This document shows, piece after piece, positions 25,240 through 39,263 of a DNA stretch of 64,000 bases. A model generated the notes under the pieces. That model was not told the origin of the DNA, made no database searches, and worked only from the letters and a program-made list of their open reading frames with translations. Made by a program: the position numbers and the translations under genes. The stretch lies in NCBI GenBank assembly GCA_951406725.2, contig OX597840.1, forward strand, positions 15,066,001 to 15,130,000. The letters are read 5' to 3'. Positions within the stretch are counted from its first letter, which is position 1. Each line of letters begins with the position of its first letter. Origin of the DNA: Octopus vulgaris. Its lineage: Eukaryota.

Positions 25240-26053
25240 CTAAGAAGGGTAGGTTTGTGTTAGGAAGGGCATCCTGTTGTAAAAATCAGGCCAAAGCAGG
25301 CACTGGAGCACAATACAGTCCCTGGACACATCACATTCTGTCAAACCATCGAACCAATTCCAGCATGGAACATGGACATTATATGATGATGGTGGTGGTG
25401 GTGGTGGTAGTGGAGCTGCTGGTGTTGTAGGTGGGGGTTGACATTGTCATAGTCATGATGATGATGATGTTGATGATTATGATGACAATAGTGTGATACA
25501 ACTGGCTTCTATACTTTTTCTCTCTACCACCACTGCCACAACCACCACCACCACAAATATTACAATCATCATCACTATCACTGCCACCACAACTACCACC
25601 AACACCACCACAACCACTAGCCCCACTCGTCACCAACCTCTCCAACCCCACCCCTGCCCCAGTGTTATTTACCGTTCTGTTCCATGTTGCGTTGTTAAAA
25701 GATACGCATCTCTGCTAAAAGATACTTGCCCAAGATGTCACACCATGGCACGGTTCCTGAGACTATGCAGGTGGTTACCAAGTAAACTTGGTAACCACAC
25801 AACCAACCAACCAACCAAGCCTGGGTCTCCCAATAAACAGTTTCAAACTAAAAGAAATTGATTTGCTGCAAGGAAGTGGAAGAATTGAACTTGTTGAACA
25901 AAACCCTGATTGTTGGGGCAGCATGAGTCACTTTACATCATAATATTGTCTTCAATAAAACTAATATTATTCTTGAATTAGGATCAATTTCAATTGATTG
26001 TATTGAACTCTGGACAACTTGTGGCTATAGATCTACCCAAGAAATCAATATTA

Positions 26054-27050
26054 AGGCAGTGAGCTGGCAGAAACATTAGCACGACGGGCGAAATGCTTAG
26101 CGGTATTTCGTCTGCTGTTATGTTCTGAGTTCAAATTTGCCTTTCATCCTTTCGGGGTCGATAAATTAAGTACCAGTTATGCACTGGGGTCGATGTAATC
26201 AACTTAATCCCTTTGTTTGTCCCCTCTGTGTGTAGCCCCTTGTGGGCAATAAAGAAATAAGAAAAGTTAGCATGCTGAGCTAAATTGTTAATGGTATTTT
26301 GTCTGTCTTTACATTCTGAGTTCAAATTCTGCTCAGGTTGACTTTGCCTTTCATTCTTTCGGGGTTGATGAATTAAGTACCAGTTGCATACTGGGGTTGA
26401 TCTAATCGTCTGGTCCCCTCCTCAAAAATTTCAGGCCTTGTGCCTAGAGTAGAAAAGAATCATTAGCATGCCAGACAGAATGCTTAGTGGTATTTCATCT
26501 GTCTGCACGTTCTGGGTTCAAATTCCATTGAGGTCGATTTTGCCTATCATCCTTTCAGGAGTCGATAAATTAAGTACCAGTTGCATACTGGGGTCGATCT
26601 AATCAACTGGCACCCTCCCCCACCCCCAAATTCCTGGCCTTGTGCTAAAATTTAAAACTAACATTAACAGCAGTTAAAGGCAGCAAGCTGATAGAATGGT
26701 CAGCTCTCTGGGAATAAAGGCCTAGCTGCATTTCCTCTCTCCTTAAGTTCTGAGTTCAAATTCTGCTGACGTCAACTTTGCCTTTTGTCCTTTTTTTTGG
26801 GTGGTGGGGTTCAATAAAATAAGTACCAGTTGAGAACTGGTGGTCAGTGTAATCAACTTACCCTTAGACTTGATGGACTTGTGCCAAATTTTCAAACCAA
26901 AATTAACTGCAGTTAAAGGCTGCAATTTGGTGAAATGGTCAGCACGCTGGGTCGGATATGTTGCAGCATTTCGTCTGTCTTTATGTTCTGAGTTCAAATT
27001 ATACTGAGGTTGACTTTAATTTTCATTATTTCTGGTTCGATAAAATAAGA
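26054..27050 (+). mobile_element. Head-to-tail array of about five SINE B copies
   Basis: TTCTGAGTTCAAATT..TTTGCCT..CATCCTTT..AAGTACCAGTT repeats every ~190-240 bp. Confidence 0.85.
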
Positions 27051-27051
27051 A

Positions 27052-27370
27052 CTATACTATTTTATATTTTAGAAATGAGGAACTCTGTACATTATTTCCA
27101 TTGGACGGATATGTGTCCTCATCTTGTTTGCTCTTACCACAACGTATTGGCTGATTTACTCTCCAGCTTTCATCAGGGGTCCAGGCAGTGCCTTGAATAA
27201 ATAATAATAATAATAATAACATCAGCAAAAAATACCTTAGGAATGAGAACCCAGGGTTGGGTTCAAAATTCTACCAGGACACCTGATGAAGGGTGGAGAG
27301 TAAATCAGCTGAAACGTGATAACAACAAACAAGATGAGGACACATGTCCATCCAATGTAAATAATGTAAA
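27052..27370. mobile_element. Foldback pLTR-like HHR element, copy 2
   Basis: Left arm is reverse (TCATCAG at 27170-76); right arm reads GACAC-CTGATGA(27283-89)...GAAA(27311-14); homologous to 2625-2948. Confidence 0.75.
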
Positions 27371-29264
27371 TAAAATAAGAACGAGTTGGACACTGAGTTT
27401 GATGCCTCCTAAGGTTGACTTCTACTCTGAAATTGCTGGCCTTGTGCCAAAATTTGAAACCAATATTCATAGCAGTTTTTTTTGTCCTTGTTGCAGCTGT
27501 TGTTTAGCCCTGGGCCATCCCTGATTGAGCCAACATATCAACAAAACTACTCTACTCCTTGCCAGGCCAGCTTCTTTTCAGGAATAATTTGCTTAAGACT
27601 GTGTCATTCAATGTGTTCTTCATTGTTGGCATTTAGCAGAGATATGGCTGCTACTATATGTAGCAGTTTCAATAAGCACAAAGAGATTCCCACCCAGTAC
27701 ACCGTGTGGAGTGGTTGGCATCAGGAAAGGGCTCCCAGCTGTAGAAGCCGTGCCAGCACAGACAATGGGACCTGGTGTGACCCCTGGCCTTACCATCTCT
27801 GACCAAACTGTCCAACCCATGCCAGCATGGAAAACGGATATTAAGTGATGATGATGATGATGTGTGGTGTAACTGGTGCCTTCTGTTGCATGTGTTATGT
27901 GGGTGTTGTTTGCATGCTGTCACCAATACAGTGTCACATCAGCAACACTGTATCACATCCATAACTAAAATACTTAGCTATCAACAGCCCAGTCCACCTA
28001 GTTGTAAGCGGGTACCACAGGTTTTTTTTCCCCTATAATATCCACTTCAGTGATTTGCTGATCTCAAATGAAATTCTGCCAAGACAGAAGATAACTGCTA
28101 TAGATCTGATTTCTCTCCAGGGGTAGATTTAACTCACATCTGTTTAGCTCTTTGGTAAACCAGAATTAAGTACCATGACTTGAGGATCATTTAGTCCAAG
28201 ATCAGTCCTACTCCTTCAGATCTGTGATCAAAGATATCCTACCATGACCACCTCATATTTTATTCAGGAATATCTTTCACCCTTCTGCACCAATACATCA
28301 TTCCAAGACCAACCGGTTGATCCAGTTGCCTTCCAAAAATGACAAGAGTTCTACAAAATTATCTTGTCCCAGAATCCCATAATTCCATCTCAATGGCTTT
28401 GGATCACTGATCCATTCCACACACATCCATACAACACAATTCCGCATTCATCAATCATAGTAGTTTTAGTTCATCATGCGTTGTGGTGTTCATGCTGATC
28501 TACATCTTATTCATCTTTACTAACTGTACTTTTGCTATTTTAATTGACCTCTTTGTTTTAGTTACATATTTTTGCTAATTAGATTCACTAATTAATTGAT
28601 TCCAGAAGATTTTTTAATCAGACTGTCTCCATATTAGTGTTGTTTGTTTCATGCTTTTTTTTCAAAGATTCTTAGCATGTGTGAGATAATTACTGAAGGT
28701 AAAATGAGAAGAAGGAAACCAAGAATAGATTGGTTAAACAAAAGAGAGATGTGGACATGGTTCTGTGGTTAAGAAGCTCAAATTTCAACCTCATTACATG
28801 GCATTTTGGGTCAGATTCTTCTACTGTAGCCCTTGGCTAACAAAATGCTTGTGAGTCAATTTAGAAGGCTGAAATTGAAAGAAACATCATGTGTGTGTGT
28901 GTGTGTGTGTATTTTTTCATTAATATTTCATTAATATTTAGCAGAAGCAATTCTTCATCAATTTCCTAACTAAAACAATGCAGCAGAACAGAAAAATGGT
29001 AAGAAAAGAATCATCAACTCATTAGAACTTGGCATCAAAGACAACACTTTCATTGCATTCTTTCTTCAATATCTTCATATTCTCAGTTCAATTCCTACTC
29101 AGGTTAGTAACGCTGGGCCAAGACCACCAGAAACCAGGGAGAAGTGGGAATTTCAGAGGGAAGAATTTGAAGGTCATTGAAATGACACTTCAAAGTAATT
29201 ATATCGTTAGCTCAACGCCCTCCCAGGAAATTCCAAATGGGAGATGTTTCCTTGCTTCATTGAT

Positions 29265-29346
29265 TTATTTCTTCTTCTCCAATTTGGCGGCAGCAGATTT
29301 TCGACTTTTGACTTTTATCAAATGAACGACAGGAATCGGCCTGAAT
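29265..29346 (-). other. Candidate exon start (possibly terminal); 3' boundary unknown
   Basis: Acceptor ttgatttttcttatag; one frame gives FRPIPVVHLIKVKSRKSAAAKLEKKK*; unique island at ~29030-29350. Confidence 0.3.
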
Positions 29347-29408
29347 CTATAAGAAAAATCAATTATTATTACTGGTCGTTTGTTTGTATGTTTTTTAGCA
29401 TCATCGAT

Positions 29409-29460
<52 letters not shown>

Positions 29461-30304
29461 ACATACATGCACACATGTTCATACACACATATCTGTTAAT
29501 GCAGTCGAGTGTGTTCAAACACATACACCAACACATTCACACACATTTATACAAATATATACATACACATGTACATAAGGCAGCCACACATATACACACA
29601 CACACACATACACAAATATACAAACACGCACACACACACTCATACACACAAATACGCACATACACAAAGCCACACACAGACATACACATACATGCACAAA
29701 TACACATACACCCACACACAAACAGACGCACAGACAGTCACACACACACATGCATACAGCCAAACACCTACACAATCCCAGAGATTGACTATTTTCGATC
29801 TGTATTTGAAAAGTTTCATCTTTTGGTTCAAGTTGAAACACAACAATGTTGGCAGTGGTGGTGGTGAGGTTGGCAGCGGTGGTGGTGGTGATGGCAGCTT
29901 TCCTGTTGATAATGTTTTGGTAGTGGTAAGGGTGGTGGTGTTGATGATGGTGATGTGGTGCCAATCATGATGGTCATAGAAGTGATGCTGGAGAGTGATG
30001 CTGACAAAGGTGGCGATGATGATGATATAAAGTAGTGATAGTGGTAGTAGCAATGGTGGTGGTGGTGGTGTGAGTGCGTTGCAGATACGGTGATGATCAT
30101 AATGTCCTTGGCAGCTCTGGGGGTGGTGATGATGGTGGCATTAATGATGATGATGTTGTTGTTGAAAAGAACAGGTGGGTGGGGACAGAAAGATTGGTGC
30201 ATAGAACAAACTGCTTCATGGAATTTGGTTATATCCCTTTGAGCTCAAAGCTCTTGAAGTTTCACCTTGCTTTTCATCCTCCTGGATGACCTTGTGCCAA
30301 ACTT

Positions 30305-30645
30305 AAGAATAATTATTATTATTGTTATTATTATTATTATTATTCATATTATTATTATTATTATTATTATTGTTATTATTATTATTCGTATTATTATTAT
30401 TATTATTATTATTCTGATTATTATTATTAAGGTGACAAGCTGGCAGAATCGTTAGTACACCAGGCGAAATGCTTAGCAACATTTTGCCTGTCTTCACATT
30501 CTGAGTTCAAATGCCACCAAGGTCAACTTTGCCTCTCAACCTCTCAGGGTTGATTAAATAAGTACCAGTTACACACTGGGATTGATGTAATTGACTTCGT
30601 CCCTTTCCCCAAATTTGAGGCCTTGTTTTTCCAGTAGAAAGGATT
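30305..30645 (+). mobile_element. (ATT)n microsatellite followed by SINE B
   Basis: Seen directly; similarity to family B. Confidence 0.8.
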
Positions 30646-30664
30646 ATTATTATTGTTATCATTT

Positions 30665-30900
30665 TACTTCTCAGTCTTGTTTGTTCTGATAAAGTCTTAT
30701 GAGAGTGGATAGCAGCCTGTTGTCAGAGGACTCACAGGGTCTCTTTCCACACATTTTAAGCTTTGATAATTGATTGTTAATTATCATGGGAGGCATTCAA
30801 CATCCAAGAACCAATCTCAAAATCATAGCTGTCCCCAGCAGAGCAGTTTTGGCGGCTTGCAAATTCCAAGTCTTCTCTGCTCTTACGTCAATTCCAAATT
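30665..30900 (-). mobile_element. R4/Dong-type LINE extreme 3' end
   Basis: Minus-strand NLQAAKTALLGTAMILRLVLGC* matches the conserved QK.ALLGTA.ILR.VL terminus; flanked by TAA/TAG repeats. Confidence 0.7.
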
Positions 30901-30907
30901 ATTATTC

Positions 30908-30958
<51 letters not shown>

Positions 30959-32214
30959 TTATTATCAATAATATGTTCCTATTTGTTCTTTTTGTATGTA
31001 CCTGGCATGTGTGTCACACTTACTTCAAAGAAGAAGTGAATGGCAAAACGAGAGATAGGCAGACATAGAGGGAAAGTGAGAGAGTGAAAGAGACAGTGAG
31101 TGGTGACGGTGTTCGTTTTGTACTTTTAAATGTTTATCACATCGCATGAAAAGTAGATACATAGACCAAAAGAACAGTTGATACATAGATACATACACAC
31201 ATTGTTAAATTAAAAGCAGGAGAGAGGAGGGACACAGAGGAAGTGAAAGAGAAAGAGAGAAAGTGAGAGAGATAGTTGATACATAGAACCAAAGAAAAGT
31301 TGATACACATATAAAGAGACACAGCAAATATTGGATATCACTTTCACTTTTCATTACCACATGAGGATAAAATTAATTCGCAAGTGGCTGAGCACTCCAC
31401 AGACATGCATATCATTAATGTAGTTCTCAGGGAGATTCAGCCTCAGACAGAATGTGACAAGGCTGGCCCCTTTGAATTACAGCTACACCTCATTTTGCTA
31501 GCTGAGTGGACTGCAGCAAGGTGAAGTAGAGTACCTTGCTCAAGAACACAACGTGCTGCTGGGAATCGTACTCATGACTTTATGATCGTGGACCGAATAT
31601 CCCTAACCTCTGAGCCATGCACCTTTACTCTCTTAACCGTAGAGAAAAGGAGTGAAGTGACAGAGAAAGGAAAGACTCAGTCATTTACAATGACAATTAG
31701 ACTGAAATACGATTGATTTTTTCTTGCTTCTTTACTTTTAACAATGAAGAAGAGGGAAACTCATTTAGTAATAAATAGAGGGTAAGTTTTTCAAGTGTTT
31801 ACGTTTTTATTCTGTGAGTTCTAGAATGATCGAGAGTTAGTTCTCTCTTCTTTCCCCCACCCCCGATACTTATTCTCCTTCCTTCATAGTTCTTCATGTC
31901 TATTAGTTGGGGGAGAAAGACTATGTTTTTTTTTCAGGCATGTTTAACGTCTTCTGTACAAACTACAAACAAGCCCCCACTCCCTTCTTTTCTTTTCCAT
32001 ACAAAAACTAATGGAAATTTCGAACGGGGTATAGCTGTGAAAAAAGCCCAGAATATTGGGTAACACCCCTTACAAAATGGGTGGGGGAGAAAAGTTGCCA
32101 ACAAGTGGCTTCACGAAATTCAACTCTATACTTTAAAGAGTATCTTCTACTATATTCTCAGGCCAGCCAAAGACTTGTGAGTGAATTTGGTAGACAGAAA
32201 CTGAAAGAAGCCTG

Positions 32215-32250
<36 letters not shown>

Positions 32251-33193
32251 CATTTTTATGTGTTTGTGTCTGTGTTTTTCCCCCCACCATCATTGTTTGA
32301 CAACCGATGTTCGTGTTTTTGCATCCCCATAACTTAGCTGTTCAGCAGAAGAGACTGATAGAATAAGCACCAGGCTTACAGGGAATAAGTTCAGGGGTTG
32401 ATTTCTTCAATTAACGGGCAGTGCTCCAGTATGGCCACCATCAAATGACTGAAACAAGTAAAAGAAAAGAATACAAGGAAAACTTTCCGTACCACCAAAC
32501 CAAGAGGGTTCTCTGAATATGTACGATGTATTCTAAGGTTAAATAGTAATTCTGTTTACATTTGCATAACTGAGATATTTTCGTTGGATTATAGAGTTAT
32601 CAGTTTTACACTTCTTTCTATATTCTGCAACTGGCACAATATGGAAACACTTCTCATCGCACCAACACACAATTTACAGATGCTTACATTTTTGTGTTTA
32701 TCAATTTGTTTTGCAAGATTCCTGATGTAAAATCATGTGTTGAAACAGATATTGGTGTACTTCTGGACGGTCATTTTATTTTATTATTTTTTTTTGCCAA
32801 GTAAACATATGCACTATATATATATATTTTTTTTCTTCACTCGTTTATTACTGTTATTTATTATTTTTATTGTTTTGATGCTTGTCCATTGTCTGGAAAT
32901 CTTTTGTCACACATCTGTGACCTCTTCAGTGACACTTTTCGTTTCTGTGTGTGTTCTTGCTCCACTTACTCCATTCTGTTCTTAGATGAACAATTGAAAG
33001 AAGATGCTAATGAAAATAATGATGATGATAATAATAATAATAATAATAAAAAATTGGTGTGTTGGGAACAGTAAGCCAACATGTAGACAAATGGCTAAAA
33101 GAGATTAGATATAAGTGTTCACCATGTATTGGCTAAAGAAAATATATTGGGGCATTTTAGCCCTAGATGGAAAAAAGTAAGATTAGTACACAT

Positions 33194-33578
33194 GGGAGTG
33201 GCTGTGTGGTAAGTAGCTTGCTTACCAGCCACATGATTCTGGGTTCAGTCCCACTGCGTGGCACCTTGGGCAAGTGTCTTCTACTTTAGCTTCGGGCCAA
33301 CCAAAGCCTTGTGAGTGGATTTGGTAGACGGAAACTGAAAGAAGCCTGTTGTATATATGTATATATGTGTGTGTGTGTGTGTTTGTCCCCCCAACATTGC
33401 TTGACAACCGATGCTGGTGTGTTTATGTCCCCGTAACTTAGCAGTTTGGCAAAAGAGACTGATAGAATAAGTACTAGGCTTACAACGTATAAGTCCTGGA
33501 GTCCTTTTGCTCGACTAAAGGCGGTTTTCCAGCATGGCCAAAGTGAAATGACTGAAACAAGTAAAAGAGTAAAGTGAG
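33194..33578 (+). mobile_element. SINE family A, full length
   Basis: Similarity to the other copies. Confidence 0.9.
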
Positions 33579-34714
33579 AGTATGGGAATATATCTGTATA
33601 TATATGCAAAAGCAGATGCTGAGCAAGATGCAGTCAAACTGTCCAACCTATGCCAGTACGGATCATGGGTATTAAGTGATGTCAATGAACATGGTATAAG
33701 AGTGTGTGTCTATGTATTTTGTTTAAGCAAGTAACTGGAGATATCAAAAACTACCAGCAATGTTCTCCACCGAAATGCTGCACCTGATGCACACCATGTG
33801 CATCTGCAATGCACAATAAATGCTACTGTGTAAGTGCACCAAAAGAAATACGAATGTGCAAAACAAAGACTACACATGCACAAAAATAGCAAAGATATTT
33901 TTGTTCGGAGCCGACCAATCTTTGTTTAAAAGTTTCAGTGCTATGTTTAAACCTCAACCATTTCTTACTTAAGCAAAATTTCATAATTCTTTGAAAACTC
34001 AATAATCTTATAATCTGGAGACCATATTCTCTACCACCCTCCACACTGACAGACATGCACTAATACACACTCTCCTTTTCTCCCCCTCTCCCACATTGCT
34101 CTCTCTCTTGCTCTCTGCAATAAGGCTTTCATATTGTTATGGGAGAATCCTGAATACCCCCAAGTGACCGAAGGTCGACTAACGGATTTAGATAAAGAAC
34201 TGTGTGAGCTGTCAAGGGTAGATGACAGTGTTGGTTACTGAGTTAGTGCGATGTGTTTTGGTTAAATATCGTGTCTACGTTCGAGTAATATAAAGTGCGT
34301 TCTGTGTGAACAGAATCATTCTGTGATGGGTTTCTTCCAGTTAACCACATTCTAAATATTTATTTGGGTAATTTTCTTTACACCCTACATGTACACATAT
34401 GTCATAACACATATATTTGGCCCAGGATCCATTCAGTCTATCCAGGATCTGAAATATGTCACAAAATGGTTCTACATGACTTGTGGGACCATACAAATAT
34501 GCAAATCTTTGTACAGAAAGGGATGAGCAAGTATGTTTTACAAAACAATGCAAAAGATAAATTTGAAATATTTCTTCTTTCTAATGTGCCTTGGCCTTCA
34601 GATGGTGGCACTAATAGATGTCGTCTCCATCCTGTCATATCACACAAATTAATTATCAGGTGTCTTTCTATAATCATCTGGTATAAGGCCATCAACTATC
34701 TTCTCTCTCTCTTT

Positions 34715-35005
34715 CTGTCTATTTATCTATTATCTATTTATCTATCCATCCATCTTTCTATCTACCTATCAATCCATCCATCTATCTATCTGTATATCTA
34801 TCTATCTATCTATCTACCTAACTATCAATCCATCTATCTATCTGTCTATCTATCTGTTTATCTATCGATCCATCTAACTATCTATTTATCCATCTATCTA
34901 TCTATCTATCTATTTGTCTATCTATCTATCTGTCTGTCTATCTACCTACCTATCTATCTATCTATTTATTTGTTTATCTATCTATCTATCCATCCATCCA
35001 TCCAT
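34715..35005. repeat. (TCTA)n tetranucleotide microsatellite
   Basis: Seen directly. Confidence 0.9.
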
Positions 35006-35522
35006 ATTTTTATCTTTTATCTTTCATGTGGCCATGCTGGGGCACTGCTTTGAGGGATTTTTTTTAGTCAAACTTATCAACTCCAATACTTATTTCTTTT
35101 TACAACCTGGTATTTATTCTATTGTTCTCTTTGCTGAACTGCTAGGTTACAGGGATGTAAACACACCAACACCAGTTGTCAAGTGTTGGGGACAAGCACA
35201 CACACAAAGACACTCAGAGACACAAGACGAGAGTCTTTCAGTTTCCATCTACTAAATCCATTCATAAGGCTTTCGTTGACCTGAGGCTAGACATTTGTCC
35301 AAAGTACCATGCAGAGGGATTGAACCCGGAAACATGTGGTTGGGAAGCAATCTTTTTATCGCACAGCCACACCTACACCTATGTATTTATTCTTCTTTTC
35401 TTTTTCCCAGTCATTGAATATTCATGACTTCTTTATGTCCATATGACTTCGCATATGGACAGTGTCCAACTGACCCTACGATACTGTGTAGTTAATAATA
35501 TCATAAACAAACAATGAATATA

Positions 35523-36401
35523 CAGGGTGTGATGGGTAAATTGTCTCCATTATATATCTTTGATTTTGCACATGTGCATTGTTTGTTTTCGATTTTATCA
35601 ACTACACAGTATAGTAGGGTCAGTTGGGCACCATCTGTGACAAAAGCAGCACCATGATGTAATCCACTTAGCCAGAAATTTGGAAATGACATGTTGTACT
35701 GCTTGGTATTTGTACCAGAAACTCCAATACGAGCATTTCAGATTGTTTGGGTGTCAGTGCAATCTGAGGACATGTACTGAGAGTGATAAAATCAAACATT
35801 CAGTCAACAACATGATGTTTGGAGTGTTCACTTGTGATGGTGACGTTGTGCCACGGTTCATTTTCCCACATGGACTCAGACTCAACATAGAGGTCTACAT
35901 CAAGTGTCTGGAGGAGGTAGTGCTGCCTTGGGTGAAGAGGGTGGCTGCTGGAACACCCTATGTCTAGTAACAGGACTCTGCACTATGCCACACAAGCGGG
36001 AGAACCCAGTATTGGCTGTCAGACAATTTCTGTGACCACACCACCCCTAACATCTAGCCACCTAATTCCCCAGACTGCAACCCCTTGGTTATTATGTGTG
36101 GGGTGCAGTTGAGTGAGAGACCAACAAAATTCCTTGTAATACAAAAGATGAACTAAAGGCAAGGATTATGGCAGCATATACCAACTTAAACAAGGAGACT
36201 GTCCAGAGGATTTGGAGGAGATTTCTGAAGTCATCTGGAGGCTGTGGTTGAAACCAATGGCGATTTTATTGAATAAATTTACTCTTTTAGTATTTCAAGA
36301 TATTTTTATGTAATTTTGGTAAATATATCTGTTAAAAATGAAATGTCAGTGTTATTTTCATTTTTGCGTAATTTAGGCGACAGTTTATTCACCACACCCT
36401 G
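35523..36401 (+). mobile_element. Internally deleted, inactive Tc1/mariner DD37D (maT-like) transposon
   Basis: TIRs CAGGGTGTGATGGGTAAATTGTC / GACAGTTTATTCACCACACCCTG with TA TSD. Transposase remnant MMFGVFTCDGDVVP..YIKCLEEVVLPWV..QDSALCHTS..PPNSPDCNPL(fs)YYVWG, with 37 residues between the second D and the third-D position; stops and a frameshift are present. Confidence 0.88.
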
Positions 36402-36405
36402 TATG

Positions 36406-36458
<53 letters not shown>

Positions 36459-36522
36459 TTAAAACCAGCTGGTATAAGGCCATCAACTATCTTCTTTCTC
36501 TCTCACTCTCTCTCTCTGTACC

Positions 36523-36566
<44 letters not shown>

Positions 36567-37123
36567 CATACAAACATACACATACACACATGTGTATAAG
36601 ATACATGTGCATGCATTTTTATGTGTGAATGTATCTGTACACATGCACACATTGAGATCTACTGCAGTTATTAGGATATTATCTGGTTCACATGCACTTA
36701 AGAATTTCTCAAACAAATTGGGATTTTGTTTTTTTCCTTTCTTTATTTTTTTTCTCTCCTCTTTTACACTGAAATATTTTATTTTGCACATTTCCCTTTC
36801 CCATTGGAACAAGGTTTAAACATGATGATGATGATAGCGGTAGGGTGGTGGTGGTGGTGGTCTATTCTTTTATCTGGCCAATCAAATATACTATAAATCA
36901 TACACAAAAGTATTACAAAAGACCTGTGAGTCGTGCTCGTGTGTGTGTGTGTGTGTTCTAAAGATGAGATTGTTTAAAAAGAAAGGAAGTGGGTGTGGGG
37001 GAAGAGGGAAGACGTTTTACTATATTCTGAGATGTATTGAAATTCTATTCTTATTTTTTTAGTAAATTACGCAAAATAATTGATACATGTACACACACAC
37101 ACACATATTTAAACATATATACA

Positions 37124-37165
<42 letters not shown>

Positions 37166-37431
37166 TACATATGTATATATAAATACATACATACATATAT
37201 ACATATAAATAAATAAATATATATATATAATCATAAGTGTGTGTGTTTGTGGTATTATGAAGGGCATTCAGCCATAGAAACCATGCCAAAACACAGAACT
37301 GGAGCCTAGTGAAGCTCTCCAGGTTGCCAGCTTCTGTCACACTATCCAACGCATGCCAGCATGCAAAACAGATAGTAAATGATGATGATGGCATATATAT
37401 GTGCGTGTGTATGTATGTATATATATATATA

Positions 37432-37464
<33 letters not shown>

Positions 37465-37566
37465 TTACATATATATATATACATACGTATATACATATAT
37501 ATATATATACATGTACACACACACACACATATATATATATATAATATATATACATACATACATACA

Positions 37567-37624
<58 letters not shown>

Positions 37625-38542
37625 CGATGCCAGCTCCTTTGGCCCTTGTGCTGTTGGTGCATAAAAAGCACCCACTGCACTCTCAGAGTGGTTAGCATTA
37701 GGAAGGGCATCCAGCTGTAGAAACACTGCCACATCAGATTGCGGCATGATGCAGCCTCTTGGCTTCCCAGACCCCAGTTGAAACATCTAACCCATGCCAG
37801 CATGGAAAATGGACGTTAAATGACAATGATGATGATTTTTATATGTATATATGTGTGAAGACGTATGGCTTTTTGGTTAAGGTGTTGCTCTCACGATTGC
37901 GAGATCGTGGGTTTGATTCCCAGACCAAGCATTGCATTGTGTTCTTGTGTAAAGCACTTCATTTCATCTTGCTCTTGAAACTGAGATAGACAGACAGACA
38001 GACATATATATGCCAACAATTACAAAAAATATAGACATCTTCAATTCTTTCTTTTAATTTAACAGTTAGTTATACATCATAATTGGTTAAAATGACCAGC
38101 TTATGTTTCTGTTGCACAGTTTATGTGCAGTTGCATGGGCAACCCAGAATATTCGGTTATACACCTTACACTTGGAAGGTTGGGCCTCCAGCCTGGCCTT
38201 TCACAACACCCTTGAAACTGAGAACTTTTCAGTACAATATGTATGCACCCCTTGTATATGCACATGCACACTCATGCACATAATTGTATTTGTTTTACTC
38301 TTACTTTTTTTGCCCCATGCTACTGTGGGTTACACAGATATATTTTCGAGGCATTGCTTCAAAGTTGGACACCCTTCCTCTCACTGAACCTTGTCTGTTT
38401 TACAAACAAGGGACCTCTTATCTGACACATCTGCAAAAGCACAAACCCAGTCAACAATGATTGGTTGATAGGAGAATAAACAGCAAAAACCAACATCCCT
38501 TATTGTAACTTTCATTGAGTGTAAAGAGTAACAAACACACAG

Positions 38543-38587
<45 letters not shown>

Positions 38588-38697
38588 TTCATATGAACAT
38601 ACATATTTATATGTGTGTGTGTGTATGTGTACCAACTCAGTGCTTACAACTGTAACAACATTAAATTAATATTGCCATCTACGTGTTATATTAAATA

Positions 38698-39097
38698 GGC
38701 GTAGGAGTGGCTGTGTGGTAATAAGCTTGCTTACCAACCACATGGTTCCGGGTTCAGTCCCACTATGTGGAACCTTTGGCAAGTGTCTTCTACTATAGCC
38801 TCGGGCCGACCCAAGCCTTGTGGGTGGATTTGGTAGACTGAAACTGAAAGAAGTTCATCGTATATATGTATATCTATATATATGCATGTGTGTGTATATG
38901 TCTGTGTTTGTGTTTGTCCCCCCCAACATCTCTTGACAACTGAGGCTGGTGTGTTTACGTCCCCATAACTTAGCAGTTCAGCAAGAGAGACCGATAGAAT
39001 AAGTACTAGGCTTACAAAGAATAAGTCCTGGGGTCGACTTGCTTGACTAAAGGCAGTGCTCCAGCATGGCCACAGTCAAATAACTGAAACAAGTAAA
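38698..39097 (+). mobile_element. SINE family A, full length
   Basis: Similarity to the other copies. Confidence 0.9.
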
Positions 39098-39209
39098 TGT
39101 GGATATATACTGTTACAAGGCATGATGCTGTGAAATTGTTTGAAATAAAACCTCCTCATAGTCTTGTTTTGTAAGAAACTCTATAAATATCATCACTGCA
39201 GGAACTCAC

Positions 39210-39263
39210 AAGAATGGCGGGAACATTCTGCTTTTCTTGAAGCTTGTCGATGCGTCCGGCAGA
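39210..39263 (-). other. Candidate 54-nt internal exon
   Basis: Acceptor gccttctctcttcaaag and consensus donor gtgagt; CpG-containing island in AT-rich DNA; open in all three frames. Confidence 0.5.
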
